Part shown: positions 19,779 through 29,102 of the stretch, in pieces
Position numbering within the stretch: the stretch's first letter is position 1
How the letters are laid out: each line of letters opens with the position of its first letter
Assembly: GCA_013204395.1 (NCBI GenBank)
Contig: JABMNZ010000025.1
Span: 9,007-73,006 of the forward strand
Origin: Parcubacteria group bacterium
GTDB lineage: Bacteria > Patescibacteriota > Patescibacteriia > UBA9934 > GWF2-40-263
Reading direction: 5' to 3'
Length of the DNA: 64,000 bases
Notes under the pieces: generated by a model
Seen by the model: the letters and a program-made list of their open reading frames with translations, nothing else
Told to the model about the DNA's origin: nothing
Database searches by the model: none
Translations under genes and position numbers: made by a program

Positions 19779-20120
19779 GGTGGGTCTCCACGGTTGGTGT
19801 TCGGCAAGAGTAGATCACAATTGCCGCGGTGGGTCAATATTTAAGTGGAAATATGGCCGACGAGTTTATCCACATTCTTAGTCTACTGGGAGTCTGTATA
19901 ACTAACACAGCGCATAGCCGTAGGGCGTTAAGTGAAATAATAATACATTCCTTCCGTCACTATCGTGGTGGTTGGAAATCAAGATGATTTCCCTTTGCTA
20001 TTTCTAAACTAAAAACCCCTTCTTCTGAACATCACCTTTTTGATGTGCAAAAGAAGGGGTGGGGCGCAGCTTGTGGCTGCGCCCCGACGATTCGTTATCC
20101 CGCCGAAGCAGGATGTATCA

Positions 20121-20330
20121 TCACCCCCCTGCGTCTTTCTTGTGTCTCACGTTGTGGTAGACGCTGTAACCGACGCCGTAGACGAGGAGCAAGGACAGCA
20201 TGATCATGGGGATCAGCTCCAGCGGCTCCTCCTTCCACAAGCCGGCGTGGACGTTCCATCCCAGAATGAAGACAGCCGGGCCAAAAATCCCGACACCAAT
20301 GGCAATCTTGGCGATGAACCTGCTGGACAT
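20121..20330 (-). CDS. small two-TM membrane protein
   Basis: The internal ATG (MSSRFIAKIAIGVGIFGPAVFILGW...) has a perfect GGGAGGA SD 5 nt upstream. 69 aa, GC-rich. Confidence 0.5.
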   Translation of the reverse strand: MSSRFIAKIAIGVGIFGPAVFILGWNVHAGLWKEEPLELIPMIMLSLLLVYGVGYSVYHNVRHKKDAGG

Positions 20331-20532
20331 AAGGTCCTCCCTTTTGGGTGATGATGTTGTCAGTAAATACCTGTTCTTGGTTCGCCGACAACAGGGTTGC
20401 GAGCAGTACCATGAGATACAGGATAGGCAATTCAAACATTTCAAGGCGTTTAAGTCAATAGTCGCGCCCCATAAAATTGCTCAAATAAGCAAGATCTTAA
20501 TACCCAGGCAAACAAAAGACCTCTCAACAAAA

Positions 20533-22674
20533 CTAATATTCAAATATGTATTCAAACATATAGACTTGGCCGTCTTCGCCTACGGCGCGCCAGTCGTCTG
20601 CGGTGTTCTTGGCTGTTTCTATAATGCGTGGCGCTTGCCACCAATAGTTGTTTACAAGGAAATAGAGTCGCTTAACATCACCGTGTTGTGGTACTAGATC
20701 AAGGGCTTGTTGCGCAGTTTCTCGCGTGGGGGATTCGTTCATGGCGAGGAACACCTCGTAGAGAGGGCCGCCAGTTGGGATTGGGTAGAAGAACAAGTCT
20801 CCGAAGTAGTTGAAGCCGATTTCAGAAATCGCCGCCGCGCTAACAGACTGGTTGGCAAGCGTTAGGTATGGTTTACCCCCTGAGAGGGTATCTACCATGT
20901 GTACTGCATCGATGTCTGATTGGGAGACGTTAAAGCCACGGTTATTTTCATACGCGTCGCGCCTTGGGTAGGCCATGTAGAAGCTTGAGCTTGCAACGGC
21001 AACAAGGAGTACGAGAGCGCCAGCGCGTAGAACAACCGGCTGAGTTTTGATGTTTACGAAAAGATGTCCCAAGGCCAGGATCACATACGGCACAAGAAAG
21101 AATCCTATGAGTGGGAGCAGGCGAGTTGCGTAGTTTGATCGCTCGTAGTCGATGAGGAAGGTGAACTCGATGGCCCCTGACAAGATGAAGTAGTTAATCG
21201 AAAGGGCCATGACCATTAGGGAGATGGCACGGAATCGGCGAGAAAGTTCTTTGCGATATTCAAACCAGGCAAAGATCGCCAGGATGCCAAGGACCACCAT
21301 GGTGTTGAGGCCATAGAGGTACACGAGGTCCAGGAGAGGATCAAAACGATTTTCAAAAAAGACGGTGAGGTTTAGCTGGGAAAACCATTGCAGTGGATTG
21401 AGGGCGGCTAGGTCTATACCAAGCGACTGTCCACTGATGAGCGCGTTGATAACAAAACTCAGTGGTAGGACAATGCTGGCAAAAGCAATAAGTAGGATTC
21501 GTACCAGACGATTGGTTGTAGGGGTGCGAGGGTTTGTGCGCGACGGGTCTGTAGATAAGAACATGAAGTACAGAAGCGCCGGAATTCCTGCGATCGGATG
21601 GATGAGTGCTGTGGCCATCGCCCCTATGGCTAGTACGCGCAGGCGTGGGTGCTCATGCTCAAGCAGGTACGGAACAGACGCGAGGATGAGCAAGAGAGTC
21701 CAGAGGTTTGCGAGGCCCTGGGGGGTGGTTACGATGAAGTTTGAAAGTGGAACAAGGAATAGTCCTGTGAGGGTCAACATTGCCACGGACTTCTTTCTAA
21801 CAATATGTGCTGCAGCAAAGTACCAGGCCATTGGAAGTAGAAGGGCCGTAAGGATCGGCACAAGGAAGGTGTCCGCCAGATCAACAGGAATGGAAAATCC
21901 GTGGTGGGCAAACAAGACAAGCGCGTACTGCCCGATGTAGTAGAACGGTTTAGGAGTGATCGTTCCAAACTCTGCCAGGTGCATTTCTGTTGCCTTGTGA
22001 ATGAACGAGTCAAAACCGAACCCGATTGGAAAGGCAATGGCCGCTACACTTACGGCGGCAAAAAGAAGGGTAGAAAGTAGTACTAGCGATAGGGATCGCT
22101 CCTTTCCTCTCCAGAGCATGGCAAAGATTAAGGCCGTGGCCAAGAAGAACAATAAGAACAGTCCGCCTGGCAATCTTTCCCACACAGAACGTACGGCGTC
22201 AGTTACAAGAGACTCAGAGAGGGTAGAAAAAAACAGTGTAAGAAGAAGGAGTGTAGCTGCAGCCACGATCCACACGGCTCCTGGGACATGATGCTTTTTT
22301 TCTTTCCAAAGATTGTGGGCGTTAGAAAAAAGAGAGTGGTGTTTGGTTTTGCGTGCGGCCACCAATAGTACTGGTGGAGTGAGAAGAATGGTTACGTGAA
22401 TGATCGTCGGGGTGATGGCCCAGATGTAGTAGCTTGCGGTGATGATGATCAGCACAAAGCTCAGGAGAATCCAGATTCCAAGCCACCACCGGAGCACGGC
22501 TTTTTCATTTTGAGTTACAACCCCACCAAGCTCCCATCCAAATACCCCTAAATACATGATAAGAAGCAAGACACCAAAAAACACGCTTCCCACGAGGAAC
22601 GTGTTGATGACAAAAAGTGCTAGAAACAGCACTGCAATGATGGTAGCATGGAGTCTGTGGAACATAATCTCCAC
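20533..22674 (-). CDS. polytopic membrane protein, putative GT-C-type glycosyltransferase (ArnT/PMT/DUF2298-like)
   Basis: 713 aa with at least 12 predicted TM helices and a ~150-aa C-terminal soluble domain. It sits in a glycosylation locus. The family assignment is inferred. Confidence 0.5.
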   Translation of the reverse strand: MEIMFHRLHATIIAVLFLALFVINTFLVGSVFFGVLLLIMYLGVFGWELGGVVTQNEKAVLRWWLGIWILLSFVLIIITASYYIWAITPTIIHVTILLTPPVLLVAARKTKHHSLFSNAHNLWKEKKHHVPGAVWIVAAATLLLLTLFFSTLSESLVTDAVRSVWERLPGGLFLLFFLATALIFAMLWRGKERSLSLVLLSTLLFAAVSVAAIAFPIGFGFDSFIHKATEMHLAEFGTITPKPFYYIGQYALVLFAHHGFSIPVDLADTFLVPILTALLLPMAWYFAAAHIVRKKSVAMLTLTGLFLVPLSNFIVTTPQGLANLWTLLLILASVPYLLEHEHPRLRVLAIGAMATALIHPIAGIPALLYFMFLSTDPSRTNPRTPTTNRLVRILLIAFASIVLPLSFVINALISGQSLGIDLAALNPLQWFSQLNLTVFFENRFDPLLDLVYLYGLNTMVVLGILAIFAWFEYRKELSRRFRAISLMVMALSINYFILSGAIEFTFLIDYERSNYATRLLPLIGFFLVPYVILALGHLFVNIKTQPVVLRAGALVLLVAVASSSFYMAYPRRDAYENNRGFNVSQSDIDAVHMVDTLSGGKPYLTLANQSVSAAAISEIGFNYFGDLFFYPIPTGGPLYEVFLAMNESPTRETAQQALDLVPQHGDVKRLYFLVNNYWWQAPRIIETAKNTADDWRAVGEDGQVYMFEYIFEY

Positions 22675-22684
22675 TAAGTTTACT

Positions 22685-23263
22685 ATGTCAGAGCGCGATC
22701 CGGCAAAGTTGTTTCCGCACGATCATGTCATGCGTTACACATTCGTCGCTTTAGTGCCACCATTTGTCACGCCAAACATGATCACCATGTTCCGGATTGT
22801 GATGACTCCGGTGGTACTCTGGTTTTTGTATATTGGGAATTTCGAGGTGGGCGTACCACTCTTTTTGTTTGTAGCATTTACTGACGCCATTGATGGATCA
22901 GTAGCAAGAATCCGCAAACAAATTACCCAATGGGGATCCTTTTATGACCCTCTTGCCGATAAGGTCCTGATTGGTTCTGTCGTGCTTCTTGTTGTAGTGC
23001 AACATGTAAATCTGTTTTTTGCCCTTCTGATCGTGCTGATTGAGGCCATGTTAATGACTGGGGGAATTGTTAGAAGGAGACGTGGGATAGAGGTGAGCGC
23101 TAATGTGTACGGCAAGACGAAGATGGTTCTTCAAGTACTTGGAGTCACCATGCTTTTGATTGCTTTGTGGGCAGGATTTGATTTGTTTATACCGATCAGT
23201 GTAGGAACACTTTCATTGGCAATCGTTTTTGCCGTGATAAGTTTATTCACCTATGGGATCTAA
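22685..23263 (+). CDS. CDP-alcohol phosphatidyltransferase family protein
   Basis: Canonical motif FTDAIDGSVARIRKQITQWGSFYDPLADKV (DG..AR...G...D...D). ATG 22685 lies 10 bp from the divergent upstream gene. Confidence 0.75.
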   Translation: MSERDPAKLFPHDHVMRYTFVALVPPFVTPNMITMFRIVMTPVVLWFLYIGNFEVGVPLFLFVAFTDAIDGSVARIRKQITQWGSFYDPLADKVLIGSVVLLVVVQHVNLFFALLIVLIEAMLMTGGIVRRRRGIEVSANVYGKTKMVLQVLGVTMLLIALWAGFDLFIPISVGTLSLAIVFAVISLFTYGI

Positions 23264-24860
23264 GAAAAAGAAACAATCTAAGAAAAAAAACTGGAATGTG
23301 CTGGTGATGTCAGTTGTGGCAGCTTTATTTTTTGTAGGTTCACTTGTTTTAGTGAACCCATCGAATCTTTACGTGTCACCAGATGAAACAGCAAATGCGT
23401 TCTTTGCACAGGAGTTTGCAGATCATGCAGATTTTCTTGGGGGGTATTTTCCAGCCTTGGTAGGATTGGAGGATCGTATTCATCCTAGGTCAACGGCGAT
23501 TGGGGAGTTTTACAGTTTGGCTCCGGGGAGTTTTCTTGGGCTTCCGTTTCTTTATGGAGTTTTGGCGATGGTCTTAGGGGGTTGGATCTTATGGGTCCTG
23601 ACGCCTCTTGTAACCATCGGAGCGGCACTGGCATGGCGAAAGTTGGTTGAGAAGTTTACAACGCCAGCCATAGGCCTCTTAAGTTTTGGTTTGTTTCTTT
23701 TGCATCCCGCCGTTTGGTATTACAGCGCGCGCGGGCTGATGCATAATGTTTTGTTTTTAGATCTTTTGATTTTGGGAGCATGGCTATGGGTGTGCAAGCC
23801 AAAGCGGCTTGGACCCTGGGCTGATCTGCTTGCTGGCTTGGCCTTAGGGCTCGCCTTGATGGTCCGCACTTCAGAAGCTGTTTGGATTTTTGGCGTATTG
23901 ATCGTGGCAGCATGGATTTGGCGACGGGCTTTAACATGGCGGCGGTTACGAGCGGGGCTGCTTGGCTTAGCTCTTGGGCTCGCATTATTGTTTGGAATGA
24001 ATTACGCGACCTATGGCCATCCACTAGCCACGGGATACACGACTCAGGCAGTGTCGCAGGCGATCGATTCAAGTGTAGGAGATTCACTTGATGCGTTTGA
24101 GCTGCTTCCATTTGGTTTTCATCCAATGAACGCCTGGAACCATTTTAGTGCCTATGGTGTTGGTATGTTTTGGTGGCTAAGTGTGTTGGCTGCAATAGGA
24201 TTGTTCATTTTATTTTCACAAAAGAAACACCAGAGAGATTTGCGATGGATGATAGCCCTGGCGGTAGCTGTAAGTGCTTGGCTGGTTTTAATGTACGGCT
24301 CATGGGAGATTCATGACAATCCAGATCCGTTGCAGATCACCATGGCTAACTCGTATGTACGGTATTGGCTGCCTCTGTACTTGTTTGCTACACCAATGAT
24401 CTCGGCATGTATTGTATGGCTCTCAGGCTTTGGTCGAACAAAACTTGCAAAAGGTCTGTTGGTGGCAGCTTTGTGTACGGCAGTAGTCGGCTTGAATATC
24501 AGTGCGGTTTTTGTGCAGGGCCAAGACGGTCTTCTGAAAATGAGTTCTGAGCTTCAGCGATCAGGCGAGATTCAAGAATCTGTCCTTGGTCATGTTGAGA
24601 AAAACGCAGTCGTGATTGTGGATCGCTCTGATAAACTATTTTTCCCACACCGTCGGGTCATGTATCCACTCAGGGATGATGCAACGTATGCGGCCATGCC
24701 TATAGTTCTCGAGTCTCTACCGTTGTATTATTACGGCATCACATTTCCTCAAAAAGATATAGATTTTCTAAACGATTCTAAGTTGGCGGATATGGGCCTG
24801 GCGATCGAGCTGGTCCAAACCTATGATGCAGAGTCGCTCTATCATATTTATCGACCATGA
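23253..24860 (+). CDS. GT-C family membrane glycosyltransferase (ArnT/PMT, GT39/GT83-like)
   Basis: 535 aa, polytopic, with an early periplasmic-loop acidic motif SPDETANAFFAQEF similar to the DE/DxD loop of ArnT/PMT enzymes. Confidence 0.55.
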   Translation: MGSKKKKQSKKKNWNVLVMSVVAALFFVGSLVLVNPSNLYVSPDETANAFFAQEFADHADFLGGYFPALVGLEDRIHPRSTAIGEFYSLAPGSFLGLPFLYGVLAMVLGGWILWVLTPLVTIGAALAWRKLVEKFTTPAIGLLSFGLFLLHPAVWYYSARGLMHNVLFLDLLILGAWLWVCKPKRLGPWADLLAGLALGLALMVRTSEAVWIFGVLIVAAWIWRRALTWRRLRAGLLGLALGLALLFGMNYATYGHPLATGYTTQAVSQAIDSSVGDSLDAFELLPFGFHPMNAWNHFSAYGVGMFWWLSVLAAIGLFILFSQKKHQRDLRWMIALAVAVSAWLVLMYGSWEIHDNPDPLQITMANSYVRYWLPLYLFATPMISACIVWLSGFGRTKLAKGLLVAALCTAVVGLNISAVFVQGQDGLLKMSSELQRSGEIQESVLGHVEKNAVVIVDRSDKLFFPHRRVMYPLRDDATYAAMPIVLESLPLYYYGITFPQKDIDFLNDSKLADMGLAIELVQTYDAESLYHIYRP

Positions 24861-26266
24861 CATTCATTACACGAATCGCACAATTGATTATCATATTGGC
24901 TCCAGTGGTGATCCTTGGCTGGCTTGCAACACAATGGTTTGTGCCATCTGGAGTATTTTTTGTTGAGCATATTGTAGGGGATGAGTCGCCATTTATCGAC
25001 GAGCTTGGTCCATCTCAGCGTGTTAGCGATGCTGTGGACGGGGAGCAGTCAATCATTGCAGACCCTGCGTTTTTCTTTGTGCACCCACATCGTGACTTTG
25101 AAGCAGTTCAACTTGAGGTGTGGTTTCAAAATGAAGATCTCCCAATTGTAGAACTCGGGGCACTCTCTGGACTTGATCCGGAAGCTTACAAACTCTTACC
25201 TCTCCACAACTTGTTGATCGATGAGAGTAATTGGTCTCGCATGGAACAAGATGGGCTCTTGTTGTTACAGCGAGAGAAGACATACGGTTCCATTGCCGAT
25301 TTTTTTGCTAGCCCTCCATCAAGAGATCAAGTTGCTACCTACAGGACCGGTTATGACGTCCCTTATCGTATAGACGGATATAGTCCTACGGACAGGTGGC
25401 AGGGTATAGATGTATCCCTTAGGGGTCATCATGAGTTTAAGACTTACATCAAAAATGAGACTCTGCGTTTCAATTTTGAGTACATGGACATGAATCGGGA
25501 CGAGGGCGAGGACGTTGTGCGCATCACAGTGTTCAATGAACAAGGTCAGCCAGTTGCAGAAGCGCGTGCGTCTGATGACGGAGACAGCTCAGATGATGCT
25601 CGGCCGAGCGGCCTGGAGTCTTTGGAGCTAACCGCTGGTGGGCTAGCTGAAGGCGTGTACAAGGTGGTCATGTCTACCACAAGGGATGTCTTTTTTAGAA
25701 CAATGAAAACCCCGCAGCAAAAAATCGTATTCTTGAACACGGTATTTATTGGTGATGAGGTTGGTTTCAGTGAACCACCTCGCGGCGCCAAGCTCTGGAC
25801 TACGACAAAGTGGCTACGAGCACAGACACGACATGCAGAAGGTGTACAAACCCTTACGGGGGATTCAGCCTCGGTTGAGATTGATCAACCATATGAGTGG
25901 TACCCACTCGAGCTTACTGGATCGGGGGTTGAATCTGTGGAGATTCCGTTTGGAGACATAGAGATTGTGACCGAGGGGAAGATCGCTTTTTCTTCATCAC
26001 AATATTTTGATCCAGACCCAGCTCCTTTGAGCGCGTATGCCACACTAGATCAAATGGAAGTTGATTATGTTCTGGCGCATTACACGTCGCCTCGCCAGGA
26101 GGGGGAGTGGTTAGTTGCTGACATAGGTTTCCTCGTGGATGATATCGTCAATGATGAAGGAACATGGAAGTTCAGTTTCTCTACGCCAGGAATATTAGAT
26201 CTTGAGGCAGAGATGATCGTCCACAAAACAAACCTTTGGTTTTATAAAGATCCAATGGGATTATGA
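24857..26266 (+). CDS. membrane-anchored hypothetical protein
   Basis: ATGA-coupled to the GT-C gene. N-terminal TM (IAQLIIILAPVVILGWLATQWF), then a ~440-aa extracytoplasmic domain. Confidence 0.6.
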   Translation: MTFITRIAQLIIILAPVVILGWLATQWFVPSGVFFVEHIVGDESPFIDELGPSQRVSDAVDGEQSIIADPAFFFVHPHRDFEAVQLEVWFQNEDLPIVELGALSGLDPEAYKLLPLHNLLIDESNWSRMEQDGLLLLQREKTYGSIADFFASPPSRDQVATYRTGYDVPYRIDGYSPTDRWQGIDVSLRGHHEFKTYIKNETLRFNFEYMDMNRDEGEDVVRITVFNEQGQPVAEARASDDGDSSDDARPSGLESLELTAGGLAEGVYKVVMSTTRDVFFRTMKTPQQKIVFLNTVFIGDEVGFSEPPRGAKLWTTTKWLRAQTRHAEGVQTLTGDSASVEIDQPYEWYPLELTGSGVESVEIPFGDIEIVTEGKIAFSSSQYFDPDPAPLSAYATLDQMEVDYVLAHYTSPRQEGEWLVADIGFLVDDIVNDEGTWKFSFSTPGILDLEAEMIVHKTNLWFYKDPMGL

Positions 26267-26625
26267 TCTGGAAAACAAAAACATTTTCTGCAGCTGAGGC
26301 GATATCGAGGACTGGGTTTATTGTGTCTACCACATCGTATGTATTGTTTTGGTTGATTGATCTTGCTCAGCCAGGTTTTGTATCGAGATATTTTTCTGTT
26401 CACGCCTTTTTACTCTCAGCGATAGTATTCGGAGTTTGGTGGTCGGCAGTTGTTAGAGATTACACACAAAGGCCATGGCTTGAGTCGGCAGTTGCTTTGG
26501 CTTTAGGTCTCATTCTCGCTGTGATAACCTGGGGCGCATCAGATGGCATTGAGGGATACAGACTCTTTTTGACCCTTATGGCCGTCTTTACGCCAACCAT
26601 TATTTACGTGTTAATCAAGGATTGA
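26263..26625 (+). CDS. small 4-TM membrane protein
   Basis: ATGA-coupled; 120 aa with four hydrophobic helices. Confidence 0.55.
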   Translation: MIWKTKTFSAAEAISRTGFIVSTTSYVLFWLIDLAQPGFVSRYFSVHAFLLSAIVFGVWWSAVVRDYTQRPWLESAVALALGLILAVITWGASDGIEGYRLFLTLMAVFTPTIIYVLIKD

Positions 26626-26626
26626 T

Positions 26627-27118
26627 ATGTCTGACTGCCTATTTTGCAAAATTATCGCCGGGGAGATTCCTTCGGTAAACGTATATGAGGACGAGTATGT
26701 CCTGGCGTTTCTTGATATCAATCCAGTAAAAGCTGGCCACACACTTGTGGTTCCCAAGAACCATGCTGATGATGTGTCACAGTCGTCTAACGAGGATCTT
26801 GCACAGGTCATGGGGGTAGTGCTAAAGATTGCACCAAAGATTCAGGAAACTGTTGGAGGTGATGGTTTTAATCTCATGAGTAATGTTGGAGAGGCTGCAG
26901 GGCAATCAGTTTTTCACACGCACTTTCATATCATTCCTCGATTCAATGGCGATGGATTACCAATGTGGGAGCATGAGGGTGCAACAGACGAGGGTCGTGA
27001 GGCTCTTGGTGAAAAGATTCGTAATGCCTTAATTCATCAGTCTGATACTTTACCCCCTGAGCCTGTCGAAGGGGCATCATATGAAAAAATGGAAGAGAAT
27101 AAGTACAGAAGTAATTAA
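26627..27118 (+). CDS. HIT-family (histidine triad) nucleotide hydrolase/transferase
   Basis: CLFCKIIAGEIPS ... VFHTHFHIIPRF (HxHxHxx). Confidence 0.85.
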   Translation: MSDCLFCKIIAGEIPSVNVYEDEYVLAFLDINPVKAGHTLVVPKNHADDVSQSSNEDLAQVMGVVLKIAPKIQETVGGDGFNLMSNVGEAAGQSVFHTHFHIIPRFNGDGLPMWEHEGATDEGREALGEKIRNALIHQSDTLPPEPVEGASYEKMEENKYRSN

Positions 27119-27635
27119 TAAAAATCCGTGGACCGAGTTCCTTCACGATCGTTTTGAGACACCTGATGGAAGGCAAGGAGATTATTATTACATGAAGACT
27201 CCGGTTGGATCTGTTCTTATCGTTCCACTTCTAGATGATGGTCGACTTGTTCTGCACCGAGAGTATCGATACTTGTTCGATCGGATAAGTCTTGAGTTTC
27301 CTGCCGGGGGAATCAAAATTGAACAATCTCCTGAACAAGCGGCAAGAGCAGAGTTACAAGAAGAGACGGGGTACACCGTTAATCATCTTGAGGAGATTCA
27401 AAAAATAGCTCCCGGTAATGGATTATTCTTAGAGTATACTCATGTATTTCTTGCCAAGGAACTTACCGCTGGTGAAACGAGCCCGGATGAATTTGAGGAA
27501 TTTGAACCAGTCTTAATGACGGTGGGAGAGGTTGATGCCGCGATTCAAACTGGTGAGATTTGGGATGGGTTTAGCTTGTCGGCTTGGTGTCTTGTCAGAC
27601 AAAGGGTTTTAGATATTCTTGAAAAGAATTTATGA
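27081..27635 (+). CDS. NUDIX hydrolase (ADP-ribose pyrophosphatase-like)
   Basis: Nudix box GGIKIEQSPEQAARAELQEETGY; GAAGGGG SD before ATG 27081. Confidence 0.8.
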   Translation: MKKWKRISTEVINKNPWTEFLHDRFETPDGRQGDYYYMKTPVGSVLIVPLLDDGRLVLHREYRYLFDRISLEFPAGGIKIEQSPEQAARAELQEETGYTVNHLEEIQKIAPGNGLFLEYTHVFLAKELTAGETSPDEFEEFEPVLMTVGEVDAAIQTGEIWDGFSLSAWCLVRQRVLDILEKNL

Positions 27636-28633
27636 AGATACTTTTGACAGGTGGCGCGGGGTTTATGGGATCAAACATGATCCATTATTTATTGCGCGAA
27701 TATAAAGATGTGGAGATCGTAAACTTTGATGATCTTACTTACGCAGGGAACCTGACAAACCTTTCAGATATACAGGATGACCCTCGTTACAGATTTGTTA
27801 AAGGCAACGTTGCTGATTCTAAAGCTGTCGACGCAGTGGTTAAGGGGGTGGATCTAGTGATCAACTATGCGGCCGAGACTCACGTTGATCGAAGCATCTT
27901 GGAGCCAAAGGCATTCATCGATACAAATATTTACGGTGCTTACAATTTGCTTGAGGCCGTGCGTAAGCACAAGATTCCTAAAATGGTGCAGATTTCAACT
28001 GACGAGGTTTATGGCGCTGTGATGGAAGGAGAGAGCGACGAGGAGAGCAAGTTTGAACCACGCTCGCCGTATAGCGCATCAAAGGCTGCGGCTGATCACT
28101 TGTGCAGCTCTTATGCGGTCACATACGATATGCCGGTGATTATTACGCACTCGTGCAATTTCTATGGTCCGTATCAGTTTCCAGAAAAGTTAATTCCTTT
28201 GTTCACCATGAATCTACTCGAGGGCAAGACCGTGCCTGTCTATGGCGATGGTCAGCAAATAAGAGAGTGGATTTTTACAGAGGACCATTGCCGTGCCATT
28301 GATGCGATTGCCCAAAAGGGTCGCTTGGGAGAGACCTACAATATCGGAACTGGTTTCCGAGTGCCAAACATGGATGTCACTAGAAAGTTGATGGAACTGA
28401 CTGGTCGAGGAGAAGATGCGATTGAGTATGTAAAAGACAGGCCTGGCCATGACCGTCGCTATGCAATCAACTCAAACAAACTCCGCACAGAAGTAGGCTG
28501 GGAGCCAAAGATTAGTTTCGAAGACGGACTTGCACAGACGGTCGAGTGGTATAGGTCCAACCACCAGTGGGTCGACGCCTGCCGCACCGGTTCTTATAAA
28601 GATTATTACAAACAGCAATATGTCGACCGTTGA
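27632..28633 (+). CDS. rmlB: dTDP-glucose 4,6-dehydratase
   Basis: MKILLTGGAGFMGSN..., YSASKAAADHL (YxxxK), 333 aa; typical RfbB/RmlB. Confidence 0.85.
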   Translation: MKILLTGGAGFMGSNMIHYLLREYKDVEIVNFDDLTYAGNLTNLSDIQDDPRYRFVKGNVADSKAVDAVVKGVDLVINYAAETHVDRSILEPKAFIDTNIYGAYNLLEAVRKHKIPKMVQISTDEVYGAVMEGESDEESKFEPRSPYSASKAAADHLCSSYAVTYDMPVIITHSCNFYGPYQFPEKLIPLFTMNLLEGKTVPVYGDGQQIREWIFTEDHCRAIDAIAQKGRLGETYNIGTGFRVPNMDVTRKLMELTGRGEDAIEYVKDRPGHDRRYAINSNKLRTEVGWEPKISFEDGLAQTVEWYRSNHQWVDACRTGSYKDYYKQQYVDR

Positions 28634-29102
28634 AGATGTGGCAAATAAGAAGGAGATTCAATACCAGGTGAATACTACTGCTGGATTGATAATCGGGTTC
28701 GTTGCTGTCTTGGCTGTTTTCCTTATGATTTTTGGCATGGCTTTTGTAAGTGGAGATTTCAGCAGAGAAAACATTGTTCTGTATCTCGTATTGGGTTTGT
28801 TTGGGTTAGTGGTTTTATCCAGCATCCGGAATATTCTTCATGGGCTTCGAATGGTGAAAATTATCGGCAATGAGGTTGTTCTTGAGTATAAAGAAAAGAC
28901 AGAGCATGTTCCTGTGTCAGAGATTTCTAGTGTGAATACAATGCGGTTTAAGGATAAGAATAAAAACAATTTCAAAGGGGTTGTGTACTTTAAGGTGTAT
29001 CAAGAGACGAAGAAAGGATTAACGTTTAATACGCATAAACCTGGAGGATTAGAAGCATTCGAATGGTTTGAGCGTCTTCAGAAATCACAAAAAGAATTAT
29101 GA
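28620..29102 (+). CDS. hypothetical membrane protein
   Basis: ATG 28620 (MSTVEDVANKK...) overlaps the rmlB stop. Two TM helices. Confidence 0.5.
   Translation: MSTVEDVANKKEIQYQVNTTAGLIIGFVAVLAVFLMIFGMAFVSGDFSRENIVLYLVLGLFGLVVLSSIRNILHGLRMVKIIGNEVVLEYKEKTEHVPVSEISSVNTMRFKDKNKNNFKGVVYFKVYQETKKGLTFNTHKPGGLEAFEWFERLQKSQKEL

Noticed and set aside
19263-19844. 193-aa plus-strand ORF overlapping the Roadblock-like gene
   Set aside because: The translation is Gly/Arg/Asp-rich junk. The minus-strand frame has an SD, a terminator and a fold-like sequence.
21365-22291. Plus-strand ORFs 21365..21940 and 22001..22291 inside the 713-aa membrane protein gene
   Set aside because: They are antisense to a long, hydrophobic, periodic TM-helix ORF. 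Arg-rich translations.
22674-22685. 10-bp divergent gap between the 713-aa membrane protein gene and the CDP-alcohol phosphatidyltransferase gene, as a possible mis-annotation
   Set aside because: Both start codons are plausible and alternative internal starts exist. Without TSS data this is just compact genome organisation, not a distinct feature.
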